Shown: in pieces, positions 18,201 to 30,471 of the stretch
How positions within the stretch are numbered: the stretch's first letter is position 1
How the letters are laid out: each line of letters opens with the position of its first letter
From: Escherichia phage vB_EcoM_phAPEC6
Sequence record: MK817115.1
DNA length: 64,000 bases
Reading direction: 5' to 3' (one strand)
Program-made: the position numbers and the translations under genes
The notes under the pieces: model-generated
What the model saw: the letters and a program-made list of their open reading frames with translations, nothing else
Databases searched by the model: none
Told to the model about the DNA's origin: nothing

Positions 18201-18645
18201 TAGTAACTCCTATTTTTTTATATTTTAAAATTAAATCACTCACGGCTTTCATTAGATTATATGGAATAGCTAACTCTTTAACAGTACTATCCATAAAATG
18301 TTCTTCTTCGGTATCATAAAATGTTGAACTATAGTGTTCACAATCATTTATACTATCATAAAAAGAAGACGTAAGTTTATCGACAATGACAGTGATTTGT
18401 TTACCAGTTTTGGTATATCCTACCTGAACGGTTAATCCAATATCATCAGCCTCTACACGAATTATAAACGAATTATTAGTATAGTTCAGCCAACAATCTT
18501 CACCAAAGTATACAACACTGTGTTTCTTCTGAAATGAAGTTGCGGTGTTAAGAACGCCAATAGCAACATCAACTGTTTTTTCATTTAAAATATTAGACAT
18601 TTGTGTTCCTGCTTCGTATGTTTCGTGAAATCTCAAAAATACCAT
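18190..18645 (-). CDS. EE-x-FFQ-x-S motif family paralog (151 aa)
   Basis: Contains TEEEHFMDSTV variant of family motif. Confidence 0.55.
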   Translation of the reverse strand: MVFLRFHETYEAGTQMSNILNEKTVDVAIGVLNTATSFQKKHSVVYFGEDCWLNYTNNSFIIRVEADDIGLTVQVGYTKTGKQITVIVDKLTSSFYDSINDCEHYSSTFYDTEEEHFMDSTVKELAIPYNLMKAVSDLILKYKKIGVTNAI

Positions 18646-19009
18646 TCAACTGTTCAACAGTTAAACCCTGTAAATCATAAACAGTTGATAGTTGAAAGAA
18701 AAGTTCTGAATCTATACTATCATGTTCAATTGGAAGATTCAAGAGGTCTTTGTTAATAAAATAATCATATGTTCGAATTGTCAAAGAATCACCAAAGATA
18801 TCAATGTAAAATTTCGGAACATTATGTAACGAAACATCTATTAATATGTTTTCAGCATATCTACAAGAAATTTTAGAATTATTTTTATAAGATTGGTATG
18901 AAAAATTATAAGGTTCATCGACCAATGTGTATGATGAGGTATCACCTTCGGAAAATATTACACCACATTCAATAAGATGTGTTAACGACTTAGGTGGAAT
19001 TTTTAACAT
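18593..19009 (-). CDS. EE-x-FFQ-x-S motif family paralog (138 aa)
   Basis: Contains DSELFFQLSTVYDLQGLT. Confidence 0.6.
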   Translation of the reverse strand: MLKIPPKSLTHLIECGVIFSEGDTSSYTLVDEPYNFSYQSYKNNSKISCRYAENILIDVSLHNVPKFYIDIFGDSLTIRTYDYFINKDLLNLPIEHDSIDSELFFQLSTVYDLQGLTVEQLNGIFEISRNIRSRNTNV

Positions 19010-19010
19010 T

Positions 19011-19439
19011 TCACTTCCTATCCTTACTCATATTACTACGGATCACCCCACTAAGAAAACATATTTTCCTTAATGTATCATAACTGATATTTGTAAGATC
19101 ATGTACAAAATTCAACTGCAAGTACATTTCTTCAGTTAATTGATTAAATGTATCATCAACACAAATGTTAGTATGTTCCGTTATATCTATTTCTATATTA
19201 TTTTCCCAAATATCAATGCTAACAGCATAGTCTGATGTATGTCTGGATTGAACTGAAATAAAAATATTATTACTGTTGTATAATGTCTCGGTGTATCCAT
19301 TCAAAAATGATCCAACGACAACATCAAAAATGCCATCTCTAATTGGATTTTTTGTTTCAAACGTATCACTACAAACTTGACGGTATACAATGTCAACATA
19401 CTTATCAATTAAAGTAAACAAATAACTCATTGCATTCAC
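19011..19439 (-). CDS. EE-x-FFQ-x-S motif family paralog (142 aa)
   Basis: Contains TEEMYLQLNFVHDLT; probable true start is the internal ATG with SD-like GGTGA. Confidence 0.6.
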   Translation of the reverse strand: MNAMSYLFTLIDKYVDIVYRQVCSDTFETKNPIRDGIFDVVVGSFLNGYTETLYNSNNIFISVQSRHTSDYAVSIDIWENNIEIDITEHTNICVDDTFNQLTEEMYLQLNFVHDLTNISYDTLRKICFLSGVIRSNMSKDRK

Positions 19440-19440
19440 C

Positions 19441-19477
19441 TATATAAGAAAAAAGGCCGATTCATCGAATCAGCCTT
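19441..19477 (-). terminator. rho-independent terminator
   Basis: 11-bp stem (one mismatch) aaggccgattc/gaatcagcctt followed on minus strand by T-run. Confidence 0.55.
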
Positions 19478-19664
19478 AAGTATAACACAGTAGAAGTTAA
19501 AAAGTCAACTTCTAAATTACAGCATCCAAGAGGAATAAAAAGATACTGTTAGAGGGTAACGAATATAATGAATTTGAGGGTAATATCATTATACGTAAAA
19601 AAGTGATAGCTTCTATACATAAGGAGGAATCAGTACTGACTAGAAGCTATCGGGTTAAACGATT

Positions 19665-19949
19665 TCAGTACTGAGTGTTTAGTTTAGGATGAGTATTTCC
19701 ATCTTCGATTTGTTTTAGAATCGAGTCACGAATTTCTACTGCCCCTTGATAACTATATTTATCTTTTGGGATCACCCATGTATATTCGCCATCAGTGGTT
19801 TTAAAATCAATACATGGATTATCCCTGTATTCAGATGCAATGATTGCAATAACATGTAATGAATTCAATGAATGATTTGTATAAGGATAATTGTTATTAT
19901 CTCTGAACGTGAATGTTTTAAGTTCATCAGGTGCAACAATGAATTCCAT
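19665..19949 (-). CDS. hypothetical protein (94 aa)
   Basis: ORF in track. Confidence 0.5.
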   Translation of the reverse strand: MEFIVAPDELKTFTFRDNNNYPYTNHSLNSLHVIAIIASEYRDNPCIDFKTTDGEYTWVIPKDKYSYQGAVEIRDSILKQIEDGNTHPKLNTQY

Positions 19950-20140
19950 TATTCATCCTCGTACTTCTTGAATGGTGGAACATCTACCTTGAAGTCTTTG
20001 CACATCTTAGTTGTACGAACTTCAGTACCGTTGTGATAATTTTTCTTAAATTCATAAGAAACATAATTACGAATACCAGGTGTATGAATAATAGCAAGAA
20101 CCAATGTACGACCAAACAAGCATAATAAATTCCAGAACAT
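19949..20140 (-). CDS. hypothetical small protein (63 aa)
   Basis: ORF in track. Confidence 0.4.
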   Translation of the reverse strand: MFWNLLCLFGRTLVLAIIHTPGIRNYVSYEFKKNYHNGTEVRTTKMCKDFKVDVPPFKKYEDE

Positions 20141-20149
20141 ATGAATCTC

Positions 20150-20515
20150 CTAATTGTGGGTTTTAACCAAACGTGAGACAGCTAGTATAGCATTAACCTC
20201 ATCCAATGTCAACCCACCAATGTCATTAATCATTGAGTACTGAAATAGTGATTCTTCAGTGTAATGGTAATCATGAGAAGCAATAAAGATTGCTGGTTTA
20301 GAGGCATCCAAAATTATCTTTGTCATTGTACTATATATATCAAATTGATATAATAGATTTTCACCTGTATATGCTACGTAGATATTATTTGAATAGGCTG
20401 GATGTACCATTGTAAAACCATCATAACATAATATTTTTATGTTCGGATCGTCAAAATTGCCTGTATAAAGGTTATTACAAACATCTTGCATTATACGTAC
20501 TATTAGACTAGTCAT
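20150..20515 (-). CDS. EE-x-FFQ-x-S motif family paralog (121 aa)
   Basis: Contains TEESLFQYSMINDIGGLT. Confidence 0.6.
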   Translation of the reverse strand: MTSLIVRIMQDVCNNLYTGNFDDPNIKILCYDGFTMVHPAYSNNIYVAYTGENLLYQFDIYSTMTKIILDASKPAIFIASHDYHYTEESLFQYSMINDIGGLTLDEVNAILAVSRLVKTHN

Positions 20516-20933
20516 TTAATGGATTTAGTACCTCTTCTGGAATCAACTTTTGAACTTTAAGTATAGCTTTAATGTCCTCAAATGTTAATCCTAATATGTC
20601 GTTAAGGAGGCAGTACTGGAAGAATTTTTCTTCAGTATCAATATCGTTAACATTCAATTCAATTGATTCATCATCATAATCATAATCTTCATTATCACAT
20701 TCATAACTTCTGAATATAACTTTTTCAAAATACACATCAAATGAATAAAAATGATTATTGAATTCATAACCAAGAAAAATATTAAAACATTTACTCAAAT
20801 CTGTGGTTTGATTCAAATCTGGATCATAGCAAAATACTCTAACTTCACCAATATCTTCTAATTGTACATCATGCAGTGACCATGCGTTGTTTTTTAATAC
20901 ATAGTTCACCATTTTAACAATGTTGTATGTCAT
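20508..20933 (-). CDS. EE-x-FFQ-x-S motif family paralog (141 aa)
   Basis: Contains TEEKFFQYCLLNDILGLT. Confidence 0.6.
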   Translation of the reverse strand: MTYNIVKMVNYVLKNNAWSLHDVQLEDIGEVRVFCYDPDLNQTTDLSKCFNIFLGYEFNNHFYSFDVYFEKVIFRSYECDNEDYDYDDESIELNVNDIDTEEKFFQYCLLNDILGLTFEDIKAILKVQKLIPEEVLNPLND

Positions 20934-20939
20934 AGTGTA

Positions 20940-21029
<90 letters not shown>

Positions 21030-21041
21030 AGAAGTAAGATA

Positions 21042-21142
<101 letters not shown>

Positions 21143-21194
21143 GCCAAGAGTCGGCATAGGTGCAGCACTACAAAGTTCTTCAAGCTGCTTGGTA

Positions 21195-21226
<32 letters not shown>

Positions 21227-21227
21227 T

Positions 21228-21284
<57 letters not shown>

Positions 21285-21286
21285 TA

Positions 21287-21414
<128 letters not shown>

Positions 21415-21433
21415 GCATACTCGAAGTACCTCT

Positions 21434-21837
<404 letters not shown>

Positions 21838-21846
21838 TAATACCCG

Positions 21847-22248
21847 CTAGTAGTTTAAGTCTGCGGCGTTGAATACACCAAGTGAAGTCTTACCACGTAG
21901 TTTAGGTGAAAGGACATACTTTGTCAATTTCTTTTTACCGTACCAGCGATTGAATTCGTCTTCAGTGACATATGGGTTCTGGAAATCGTATTCGCGTTTC
22001 TTATGCAGTTCTTTAGCACGTTCTGCAATCTTGGTTCGTTGGTCTTCTGGAATGTCGAATGTATTGTTACGTTCACACCATTCGTGCTCTAATGCACCCT
22101 GAAGAAACTGTTCGGTTTCTTTGACTAGAGTGATTTTAGTCAAGCCTTTTTCGATGTTCATATAATCATCGACGTATCCATTCCAAATAACAATCTCTGG
22201 ATTGCCGTCAATTTCTTGAAGCATTTTGATCAAGTCATTCTTTTTCAT
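21847..22248 (-). CDS. hypothetical protein (133 aa)
   Basis: ORF; N-terminus MKKNDLIKMLQ paralogous to 21619..21834. Confidence 0.55.
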   Translation of the reverse strand: MKKNDLIKMLQEIDGNPEIVIWNGYVDDYMNIEKGLTKITLVKETEQFLQGALEHEWCERNNTFDIPEDQRTKIAERAKELHKKREYDFQNPYVTEDEFNRWYGKKKLTKYVLSPKLRGKTSLGVFNAADLNY

Positions 22249-22256
22249 TTAAATTC

Positions 22257-22514
<258 letters not shown>

Positions 22515-22535
22515 TTATACCTCTCATTGTTTATG

Positions 22536-22607
<72 letters not shown>

Positions 22608-22611
22608 TAAT

Positions 22612-23219
<608 letters not shown>

Positions 23220-23270
23220 ATAAACCTCACTATACGTAACTTACACCATATACGTCTGATTGTGGAATTC

Positions 23271-23295
23271 ATTATATCAGTACTGAACTATTTAG

Positions 23296-23299
<4 letters not shown>
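23271..23299 (-). promoter_or_regulatory. sigma70-type promoter (TTGACT, 17 nt, TATAAT)
   Basis: Reverse complement reads TTGACT aaatagttcagtactga TATAAT, with TG one base upstream of the -10 hexamer (extended -10). Confidence 0.65.
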
Positions 23300-23709
<410 letters not shown>

Positions 23710-23718
23710 CTTTTTTTT

Positions 23719-23880
<162 letters not shown>

Positions 23881-23884
<4 letters not shown>

Positions 23885-24045
23885 AATCGTACCAGTAGTT
23901 CAATTAAGTACATTTCATATGCTGGATCGTTGATAAGTTTATCATACAGATGTGGCTCTGAAATGAATTCCCAATGATACTTTAGCCATCTACCGATACC
24001 CGAATATCTAAAATTAATGTCATTCATCCATTCTTCATGTGTCAT
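23881..24045 (-). CDS. MTHEEWM mini-protein family, copy 2 (54 aa)
   Basis: MTHEEWMNDINFRYSGIGRWLKYHWEF...; near-identical to copy 3; ATGA overlap with neighbours. Confidence 0.5.
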
Positions 24046-24206
24046 AATCGTACCATTATTTCAATAAAGAACCACGGATACACTTCATGATTCATAAGTT
24101 TATCGTATTCTGCTGGGTCTGATATGATTTCCCAATGATACTTTAGCCAACTACCGATACCCGAATATCTAAAATTAATGTCATTCATCCATTCTTCATG
24201 CGTCAT
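23885..24206. repeat. tandem direct duplication (two ~160-bp units, near-identical over their 3' ~85 bp)
   Basis: 23960..24045 and 24121..24206 are almost identical at DNA level (ttcccaatgatactttagcca...cattcttcatgtgtcat). Confidence 0.7.
24042..24206 (-). CDS. MTHEEWM mini-protein family, copy 3 (54 aa)
   Basis: MTHEEWMNDINFRYSGIGSWLKYHWEI...; first gene after tRNA-Arg. Confidence 0.5.
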   Translation of the reverse strand: MTHEEWMNDINFRYSGIGSWLKYHWEIISDPAEYDKLMNHEVYPWFFIEIMVRL

Positions 24207-24229
24207 GGTTTTTAACCTTTAATTAAAAT

Positions 24230-24306
24230 TGGCCGAGGTAGAGGGACTTGAACCCCCAACCTAGAGATTAGAATTCTCTTGCACTATCCAATTGTGCTAT
24301 ACCCCG
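24230..24306 (-). tRNA. tRNA-Arg (anticodon UCU)
   Basis: Cloverleaf: D-arm GCAC/GTGC, anticodon stem AGAGA/TCTCT, loop ATTCTAA, T-loop TTCAAGT, encoded CCA. Confidence 0.8.
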
Positions 24307-24310
24307 TATT

Positions 24311-24426
<116 letters not shown>

Positions 24427-24459
24427 ATGTTATGTCCCATTATATAATGAATTAATGAT

Positions 24460-24786
24460 TTATGCAAGTGCTTTAGATACACCGACACCAATAATTCCAG
24501 TGATATCGATATGGATATTGGCAAGTTGATTACTATCATATGGGTTTGTTTCTGTAATAACCAATGTTGTATCATTGACTAAAACCACAGTACCTTTTAC
24601 ACGATAACCATGTAGTAGTACTTGAACCTCATCTTCAGGTTTTAATGATTGAATAACTTCAAATAAAGTTGTTTCCATTTTTTGTATTCCTTGTTTAGTT
24701 TTGATTATTTGACTTTCTAAATGCCAGTTCGCATATAAACCAGGGTTTTCTGGTATCCAAAACATATGACCTGAAAAGATTTTCAT
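24460..24786 (-). CDS. hypothetical protein (108 aa)
   Basis: ORF in track. Confidence 0.5.
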   Translation of the reverse strand: MKIFSGHMFWIPENPGLYANWHLESQIIKTKQGIQKMETTLFEVIQSLKPEDEVQVLLHGYRVKGTVVLVNDTTLVITETNPYDSNQLANIHIDITGIIGVGVSKALA

Positions 24787-24877
24787 CTCTTAATATATCA
24801 TAATGTACCTGACGAATGCCATTCCCAAAGCAGTCATGTTCTTTATGCTGTTTGGACATCCATTCTTCGTGTGTCAT
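24695..24877 (-). CDS. MTHEEWM mini-protein family, copy 4 (60 aa)
   Basis: Track ORF 24695..24895 trimmed to the conserved MTHEEWM start. Confidence 0.5.
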   Translation of the reverse strand: MTHEEWMSKQHKEHDCFGNGIRQVHYDILRDENLFRSYVLDTRKPWFICELAFRKSNNQN

Positions 24878-24878
24878 T

Positions 24879-25214
<336 letters not shown>

Positions 25215-25219
25215 TCTTA

Positions 25220-25396
25220 CTATTTTTTATCTCTAATAGCAAGCTCGTAGATGAACCAGTGGTTGGAATCTTCGTCCAAAACCAATGATTCGAACGTTTT
25301 TTTATCGTTCAAAACATCATAATGGCCTTGGCGTATACCAAATCCAAAATGATCATGTTTATATTTTAGTGACTCTATCCATTCTTCATGTGTCAT
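25220..25396 (-). CDS. MTHEEWM mini-protein family, copy 5 (58 aa)
   Basis: Track ORF 25220..25414 trimmed to conserved MTHEEWI start. Confidence 0.5.
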   Translation of the reverse strand: MTHEEWIESLKYKHDHFGFGIRQGHYDVLNDKKTFESLVLDEDSNHWFIYELAIRDKK

Positions 25397-25474
25397 TTTA
25401 TGTATCCAGTTCAATTAAGTGTTTCATTTATTCTTCTGTAAAGAAAGCATTGCAATGGACAATGGAAAAGGTTA

Positions 25475-25654
25475 TTATATTTTTTTGTCTCTAACCGCAA
25501 GCTCATAGATGAACCAACGATTTCCATTCTCATCTAGTACATATGATTCGAACTTATATTTGTCTCGTAAAATATCGAAATGACCATCAATAAATCCATT
25601 TCCAAACTGGTCATAACGTTTTTTCATCATTGCCATCCATTCTTCATGTGTCAT
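25475..25654 (-). CDS. MTHEEWM mini-protein family, copy 6 (59 aa)
   Basis: Hand-translated: MTHEEWMAMMKKRYDQFGNGFIDGHFDILRDKYKFESYVLDENGNRWFIYELAVRDKKI. Confidence 0.5.
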   Translation of the reverse strand: MTHEEWMAMMKKRYDQFGNGFIDGHFDILRDKYKFESYVLDENGNRWFIYELAVRDKKI

Positions 25655-25836
25655 CTCTTAATATCCATAACGGCTATACTAAAATATGTACCAAAATCAT
25701 CACAATTGATAATGTTGTTATAGTACTCAATTGGGTTACGCAATGATATATACAATTCAAGCTTAAAATAGTATATATCTGCTGCATTTATATTATAGTG
25801 TAGATTAAACCACTCATCAAATGTCTTAGGCTGCAT
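25651..25836 (-). CDS. hypothetical small protein (61 aa)
   Basis: ORF in track. Confidence 0.4.
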   Translation of the reverse strand: MQPKTFDEWFNLHYNINAADIYYFKLELYISLRNPIEYYNNIINCDDFGTYFSIAVMDIKR

Positions 25837-26230
25837 TATATTTATCTTTATAAAAATCCATGATTTTAGTCAACAGTACTGCAATCGTATAATCTAAATC
25901 AGGATAAAGTAAATTGTACTGAAATTCTTCCTCAACACTATAGTTAGTGGTACAGTACTGGTAATCTTTATAACCTATTGAAAAATAATTCGGATACAAT
26001 GTACAACGAAAGCGATAAGCTTCATCTGTCATATAATCATTGTATTCAACACAGAAGTATAGTGATTTTGAATTTAATTCGATAAGCTCCACGAAACCAT
26101 CTGGTAATGAATGATTATAAATGGTATTATCATTATTAAACCATTCATAATATTTTTCTAAAAAATCACTAATAGATACATCAAGACTTTGTATAGGTGG
26201 AGTTATGATAATTTGAACTTCGTTATTCAT
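25826..26230 (-). CDS. EE-x-FFQ-x-S motif family paralog (134 aa)
   Basis: Contains SVEEEFQYNLLYPDLDYT. Confidence 0.55.
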   Translation of the reverse strand: MNNEVQIIITPPIQSLDVSISDFLEKYYEWFNNDNTIYNHSLPDGFVELIELNSKSLYFCVEYNDYMTDEAYRFRCTLYPNYFSIGYKDYQYCTTNYSVEEEFQYNLLYPDLDYTIAVLLTKIMDFYKDKYNAA

Positions 26231-26775
26231 TTTCTCCCCTTATTATATTTTACATATGGGTTATCATAAAGATCATAACTTTTCTGAGCACGTTCTTTTT
26301 TGCGTTCATACATAATTCTATCATACTCCTTCGCTTTCCCATTTGCTTCATTATACAGTTTTAAAATTAGCAAAAATGTATCAAGGTCAGGGTAGTTTGC
26401 TGGATTGATAGTACTTAACATAAATCGTTCTTCTTCAGTTCTAGCAACATCAAACTCATACTTAATAGTTTTATACCCACTCCATTTATATGTGTGTATT
26501 ACTTTGTTAGTAAGTACATTATATTCAACGAAATCAGTACTACCATCAAGTACACGAGTAATCTTAATAGATGTACCAATGACAATCTGTACAGAACTCA
26601 TTTCTGAAGTTTTAAAGTAATAAATGTTATTACGGCGAAGATTAACTTCTCGATCTCCAATGCGAACATGCTTAATAACTTCCATTAATGGTTCTGGTAC
26701 ACCACGAATTGGCATGTTAATGCTCCTTTTTAATTCTATACATTTTAACAGCACTGGTTTCCCAAAAGTCACCAT
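26227..26775 (-). CDS. EE-x-FFQ-x-S motif family paralog (182 aa)
   Basis: Contains TEEERFMLSTINPANY. Confidence 0.55.
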   Translation of the reverse strand: MVTFGKPVLLKCIELKRSINMPIRGVPEPLMEVIKHVRIGDREVNLRRNNIYYFKTSEMSSVQIVIGTSIKITRVLDGSTDFVEYNVLTNKVIHTYKWSGYKTIKYEFDVARTEEERFMLSTINPANYPDLDTFLLILKLYNEANGKAKEYDRIMYERKKERAQKSYDLYDNPYVKYNKGRK

Positions 26776-26953
26776 CTAAGTTGCTGAATTTATATATAGT
26801 TTCGAGATTTTCACCATCAAACGAAAACAACACAACATCTTCTTGTACAGTGCCGTTATGTAACATGATATCATAAACTTCATTTCTTACAAATAATTCT
26901 TTGGCCTTAGAAATATCAAAATCAATAAATTTCATATATCCTCCTATTATCAT
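26717..26953 (-). CDS. hypothetical small protein (78 aa)
   Basis: ORF; overlaps 3' neighbour so start uncertain. Confidence 0.45.
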   Translation of the reverse strand: MIIGGYMKFIDFDISKAKELFVRNEVYDIMLHNGTVQEDVVLFSFDGENLETIYKFSNLDGDFWETSAVKMYRIKKEH

Positions 26954-26983
26954 TATTTGTATTATATCAGAGTTTCATTGCAT

Positions 26984-27376
26984 CTACCAGCATGTTTTCA
27001 TAACTTCTGTGATGTGATTCATTTTATCTTTAAGTACGTAAGGGATGCAAATTTCACCTGGGCTTAACGTTGTGTTCTTTTGAAACTCATCTTCTTCGGA
27101 ATCAGCCAGGTAAAATGGGTGTGTCACAAAGGTATCATCAACTGGACGATTATGTGGTTTCATTAATGCATCATGATTGACAAAATAATAAGCATCAATA
27201 TCAGGACGGAAATACAAACAATCAACCTTAATGCACGGGTGTAACCATAAGGACAAAGAATATGTTATTTGGTTACCAATTTGTCTTGGGCCTGATGCAA
27301 TTGTATTGATGTTATTTTTATCTTGTACCATTTCATAAATGAAATCTATCATTTCGTGTAGTTCTGATTCAGTCAT
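26984..27376 (-). CDS. EE-x-FFQ-x-S motif family paralog (130 aa)
   Basis: Contains DSEEDEFQKNTTLSPGEI; SD-like AAGGAAAT upstream. Confidence 0.55.
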   Translation of the reverse strand: MTESELHEMIDFIYEMVQDKNNINTIASGPRQIGNQITYSLSLWLHPCIKVDCLYFRPDIDAYYFVNHDALMKPHNRPVDDTFVTHPFYLADSEEDEFQKNTTLSPGEICIPYVLKDKMNHITEVMKTCW

Positions 27377-27387
27377 TTTATTTCCTT

Positions 27388-27418
27388 AAAAAAATACCCA
27401 GTCAAGTACTGGGTATTT
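27388..27418 (-). terminator. rho-independent terminator
   Basis: 9-bp hairpin atacccagt/actgggtat followed on minus strand by T-run. Confidence 0.6.
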
Positions 27419-27430
27419 ACAAAGTAACGT

Positions 27431-27580
27431 TTAATCAGATTTCTTTTCGTAATCTGTAAAAACAGTCAGGATTGTTGCACATAGTGAATCAACTACTGAT
27501 GCACGTGTGTTATCAAGGTCTTTAGCTAGTGCTTGAATCTCTTGAAGTTTTACTACTAAGTCGATTTTTTGATTACTCAT
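27431..27580 (-). CDS. hypothetical mini-protein (49 aa)
   Basis: Hand-translated ORF with strong SD AGGAGAAG; ends just before terminator. Confidence 0.4.
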   Translation of the reverse strand: MSNQKIDLVVKLQEIQALAKDLDNTRASVVDSLCATILTVFTDYEKKSD

Positions 27581-27602
27581 TACTTCTCCTATTGGATGTT
27601 TT

Positions 27603-27893
27603 TTAGATATTAATTTTTATACCACTAAGGTCTAGAACTTTTTTATTAGATACTGTTTCTGATTCTAATTTAGTTTCTTTTACCTCAGTGTTAATATTTA
27701 CGTCATCTTTGAGAATATCAGGGATAATACCATGTTGAATATCATCGTACATAGAAACAACGGTTTCGGCACAAGATAACATTTCACGAACTTTGTACTG
27801 ATAACCCTGTGGTAACTCATTGATGATTTCCATAATATCTAGTAATTTAGTTTGGACATCAATAAGAATTTTTCTTGATTTTTCTGGTTCCAT
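27603..27893 (-). CDS. hypothetical protein (96 aa)
   Basis: ORF in track. Confidence 0.5.
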   Translation of the reverse strand: MEPEKSRKILIDVQTKLLDIMEIINELPQGYQYKVREMLSCAETVVSMYDDIQHGIIPDILKDDVNINTEVKETKLESETVSNKKVLDLSGIKINI

Positions 27894-28399
27894 TACTCCA
27901 ACTCCACAACATTACTTTTTTTGGATTTAATCACTGATGGTGGCTCATTAACGCTTGTTTGACCACGAAGTGATTTTTCCAACGCAATGATGCGTTTTAA
28001 AGTTTTTATTGATGGTCGCTTCTTCGTCAACTCAGCTTTTGCTTCTGAATAATATTTTCTTACATATCCATAGGCATAATATTTTGAACCAATGAAAATT
28101 TCAGCAACTACTGGATTTGAGTATTGTGTATCAATTCCATCTAGATCCGTGTCTACCGAGTAGAATGAAATATTTGTATCACATGCTGAAATTTTAGCCA
28201 CCAAAAGATTTGCATCGAACTTATCTAAAATTAGAGAAATTGTTTTTTCGGCATCAGCACTATATGGCATAGCAGACATTAAAAGTTGGAATGTCTTAAA
28301 GTACTTACTTCCACTAATCATGGTATTGAAAATCAATCCAATGGTGATTAATGCAAGTGTACCAATACACACAAACAAAAACCAATATTCAACACTCAT
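27893..28399 (-). CDS. hypothetical membrane-anchored protein (168 aa)
   Basis: N-terminal transmembrane helix. Confidence 0.55.
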   Translation of the reverse strand: MSVEYWFLFVCIGTLALITIGLIFNTMISGSKYFKTFQLLMSAMPYSADAEKTISLILDKFDANLLVAKISACDTNISFYSVDTDLDGIDTQYSNPVVAEIFIGSKYYAYGYVRKYYSEAKAELTKKRPSIKTLKRIIALEKSLRGQTSVNEPPSVIKSKKSNVVELE

Positions 28400-28464
28400 T
28401 TATAAATCCTCTTACTTTATATGATTAAAATGCCCCATCAAAAATGATGAGGCGGTAAGATAAA

Positions 28465-28674
28465 TTACTTACGATTTGCTTTACGCAGTTCAGATAGTTC
28501 TTCTTGAAGACTTTTCTTCCATGCAATCAAGTGAGCAAAACGGATTGGCCTTGCACCAGTACCGTGGAATACTGCTAGAGCTTCTTCTGCTTGATGAATC
28601 TGGAATTGAATGTAGTTCACAGTGCGGTCGAAGTCGGTGATATCTAGTACTTGTGCGTTAGTTTCTTTAGCCAT
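28465..28674 (-). CDS. hypothetical small protein (69 aa)
   Basis: ORF in track. Confidence 0.5.
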   Translation of the reverse strand: MAKETNAQVLDITDFDRTVNYIQFQIHQAEEALAVFHGTGARPIRFAHLIAWKKSLQEELSELRKANRK

Positions 28675-28789
28675 TTTAATACCCTTTTATTTCTTTTTTA
28701 TGAAAAACCCTCATCATTGAGGAATGGTTTGCATTTTAATATCTGCCGATAACAAACATTATATCACAATATCTGTTCTTGTCCAATGT

Positions 28790-29149
28790 TTAATTATTAG
28801 AAAGAACAATTTTTGAAACTGGTAAATCTGTATTATTTACACGTTCTTCATTATATCCATTCTGTACAAGAATGTCAATAACTTTAGACTTATCAATTGT
28901 AAATGATTCTAACATATCATATCGGTAATAACCAATAGTCTGACTGAACTCATATTTTCCTGGCTGTTGACGACAACACGTATTTGTTTCAGCCATAATC
29001 TTATTGATTAGGTAATATGTTTCAGTACTATCAATATTTGGAATATAGATCTTATCATCAAAATGAATTACTTCATGTTTATTCATAGAGTGATTCAATC
29101 TCCGCTTTAAGAATGGAAATGATCTCTTTCTGAAGGCCAGTAATTTCAC
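28790..29149 (-). CDS. hypothetical protein (119 aa)
   Basis: ORF; 5' end overlaps next gene so start may be internal. Confidence 0.5.
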   Translation of the reverse strand: MKLLAFRKRSFPFLKRRLNHSMNKHEVIHFDDKIYIPNIDSTETYYLINKIMAETNTCCRQQPGKYEFSQTIGYYRYDMLESFTIDKSKVIDILVQNGYNEERVNNTDLPVSKIVLSNN

Positions 29150-29348
29150 TGTTCAAAGATGATAGTCGCTTCGATAATGCCATGAATTGCTTTGCATCTT
29201 CTTTAGAACGGTCATTTCGTACTTTATCAGAACTCCAGTTAGCATATGATTGCTCATCTTTCCTGTTAAGGATATCCCAGTCTAAACGTACTAGTTTACG
29301 TTCTTTCTTCAGTTCGCTTAAGTGAGATTTCATTTCGTCTTTAGTCAT
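29079..29348 (-). CDS. hypothetical coiled-coil protein (89 aa)
   Basis: ORF in track. Confidence 0.5.
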   Translation of the reverse strand: MTKDEMKSHLSELKKERKLVRLDWDILNRKDEQSYANWSSDKVRNDRSKEDAKQFMALSKRLSSLNSEITGLQKEIISILKAEIESLYE

Positions 29349-29638
29349 TAGATTGTTCCTTTCATGAAGTCTGGAATAACGATTACGATAGGAGGATTAT
29401 ACTCTACATAACCATTTTTTGTCAATAGACTTTTAATATCTGAAATCACATTATCATGCTGTTCAATATCTTTATCACAAAAGATTTCCAATTCTTTCTG
29501 AAACGGTTTTTTAACCGAGATGTTTTGAGTCAGTGTTTGGATTCTCTGTAACATATCAATTGGATCTGGACTGAACTCATTACCAACATAAAGAGTACCA
29601 GATGCATCTTTTTCTAGCAAGACTTCTAAAATTTTCAT
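29348..29638 (-). CDS. hypothetical protein (96 aa)
   Basis: ORF in track. Confidence 0.5.
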   Translation of the reverse strand: MKILEVLLEKDASGTLYVGNEFSPDPIDMLQRIQTLTQNISVKKPFQKELEIFCDKDIEQHDNVISDIKSLLTKNGYVEYNPPIVIVIPDFMKGTI

Positions 29639-30471
29639 TTCGTATCCTTCAATTTACTAAAGTTTTCTCGTGTAAATCCAGGAACTGGAAAATATACATC
29701 ACAGTCAACATCAGGATTCATAATTACCATGTCATTACATATTATATCACGAATTTTACTGCCGTCCACGATTTTTTGCATTAAATCATTCCATTTTTTA
29801 CGAGAAATAACGAATGTACTAATTATACATAAATCATGTCCACGTTTTGAAATATATCCTAGTACTTCATTATCGTAAACAACACGTATGGTAACTTTTC
29901 CAATTGTAACCCCTCTTACTGGATTAATACTAGTATCTTCAAAAATTAGTTCTAATTTAAGTTTACCATTCGAAATAAGTGATGAAGTATATTTAGAAAC
30001 CATTTTATCAATTTCTTGAGTCAAATCATCTCTACCTAGATATTCAAATACAGAATAAGTTAATTCGTCTGCACCTAACTGTTGGATAGTTGGAAGCTGT
30101 GCAACCATATCTAAAGATACAGGTTCGATATATATTCTTTCAATATCAGAAGATTGTACAAATAGACAACCATCAGGTGTCGTATCTCTAACAATTTCGG
30201 CATAATATGTATAAAGATAAAAAACATTAGACTCGGATGAGTCAGTTTCTACCCAAATCTCAGATTGTTTCATTTCATCTTTATGAAGAATTCGTTGAGT
30301 AAATCCTATGTAAAAACCAAGATATAAATCATCATCAGTTTCAAACGGATTAAACATCAAATACGGATATTTGTCAAGGTACTCATTGAACTTACGCTGT
30401 ACATCTCTATCACAATCCATGATATACTTTCGGAATTCAGAAATGATTATTTTTTCTAATGACATAATCAA
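29635..30471 (-). CDS. hypothetical protein (278 aa)
   Basis: Long ORF; no motif recognised. Confidence 0.65.
   Translation of the reverse strand: MIMSLEKIIISEFRKYIMDCDRDVQRKFNEYLDKYPYLMFNPFETDDDLYLGFYIGFTQRILHKDEMKQSEIWVETDSSESNVFYLYTYYAEIVRDTTPDGCLFVQSSDIERIYIEPVSLDMVAQLPTIQQLGADELTYSVFEYLGRDDLTQEIDKMVSKYTSSLISNGKLKLELIFEDTSINPVRGVTIGKVTIRVVYDNEVLGYISKRGHDLCIISTFVISRKKWNDLMQKIVDGSKIRDIICNDMVIMNPDVDCDVYFPVPGFTRENFSKLKDTK

Noticed and set aside
28758-28786. Possible promoter (TTGGAC, 17 nt, TATAAT) upstream of 28465..28674
   Set aside because: Weak -35, and a terminator-like hairpin (28700..28722) lies between it and the gene; not reported as a feature.
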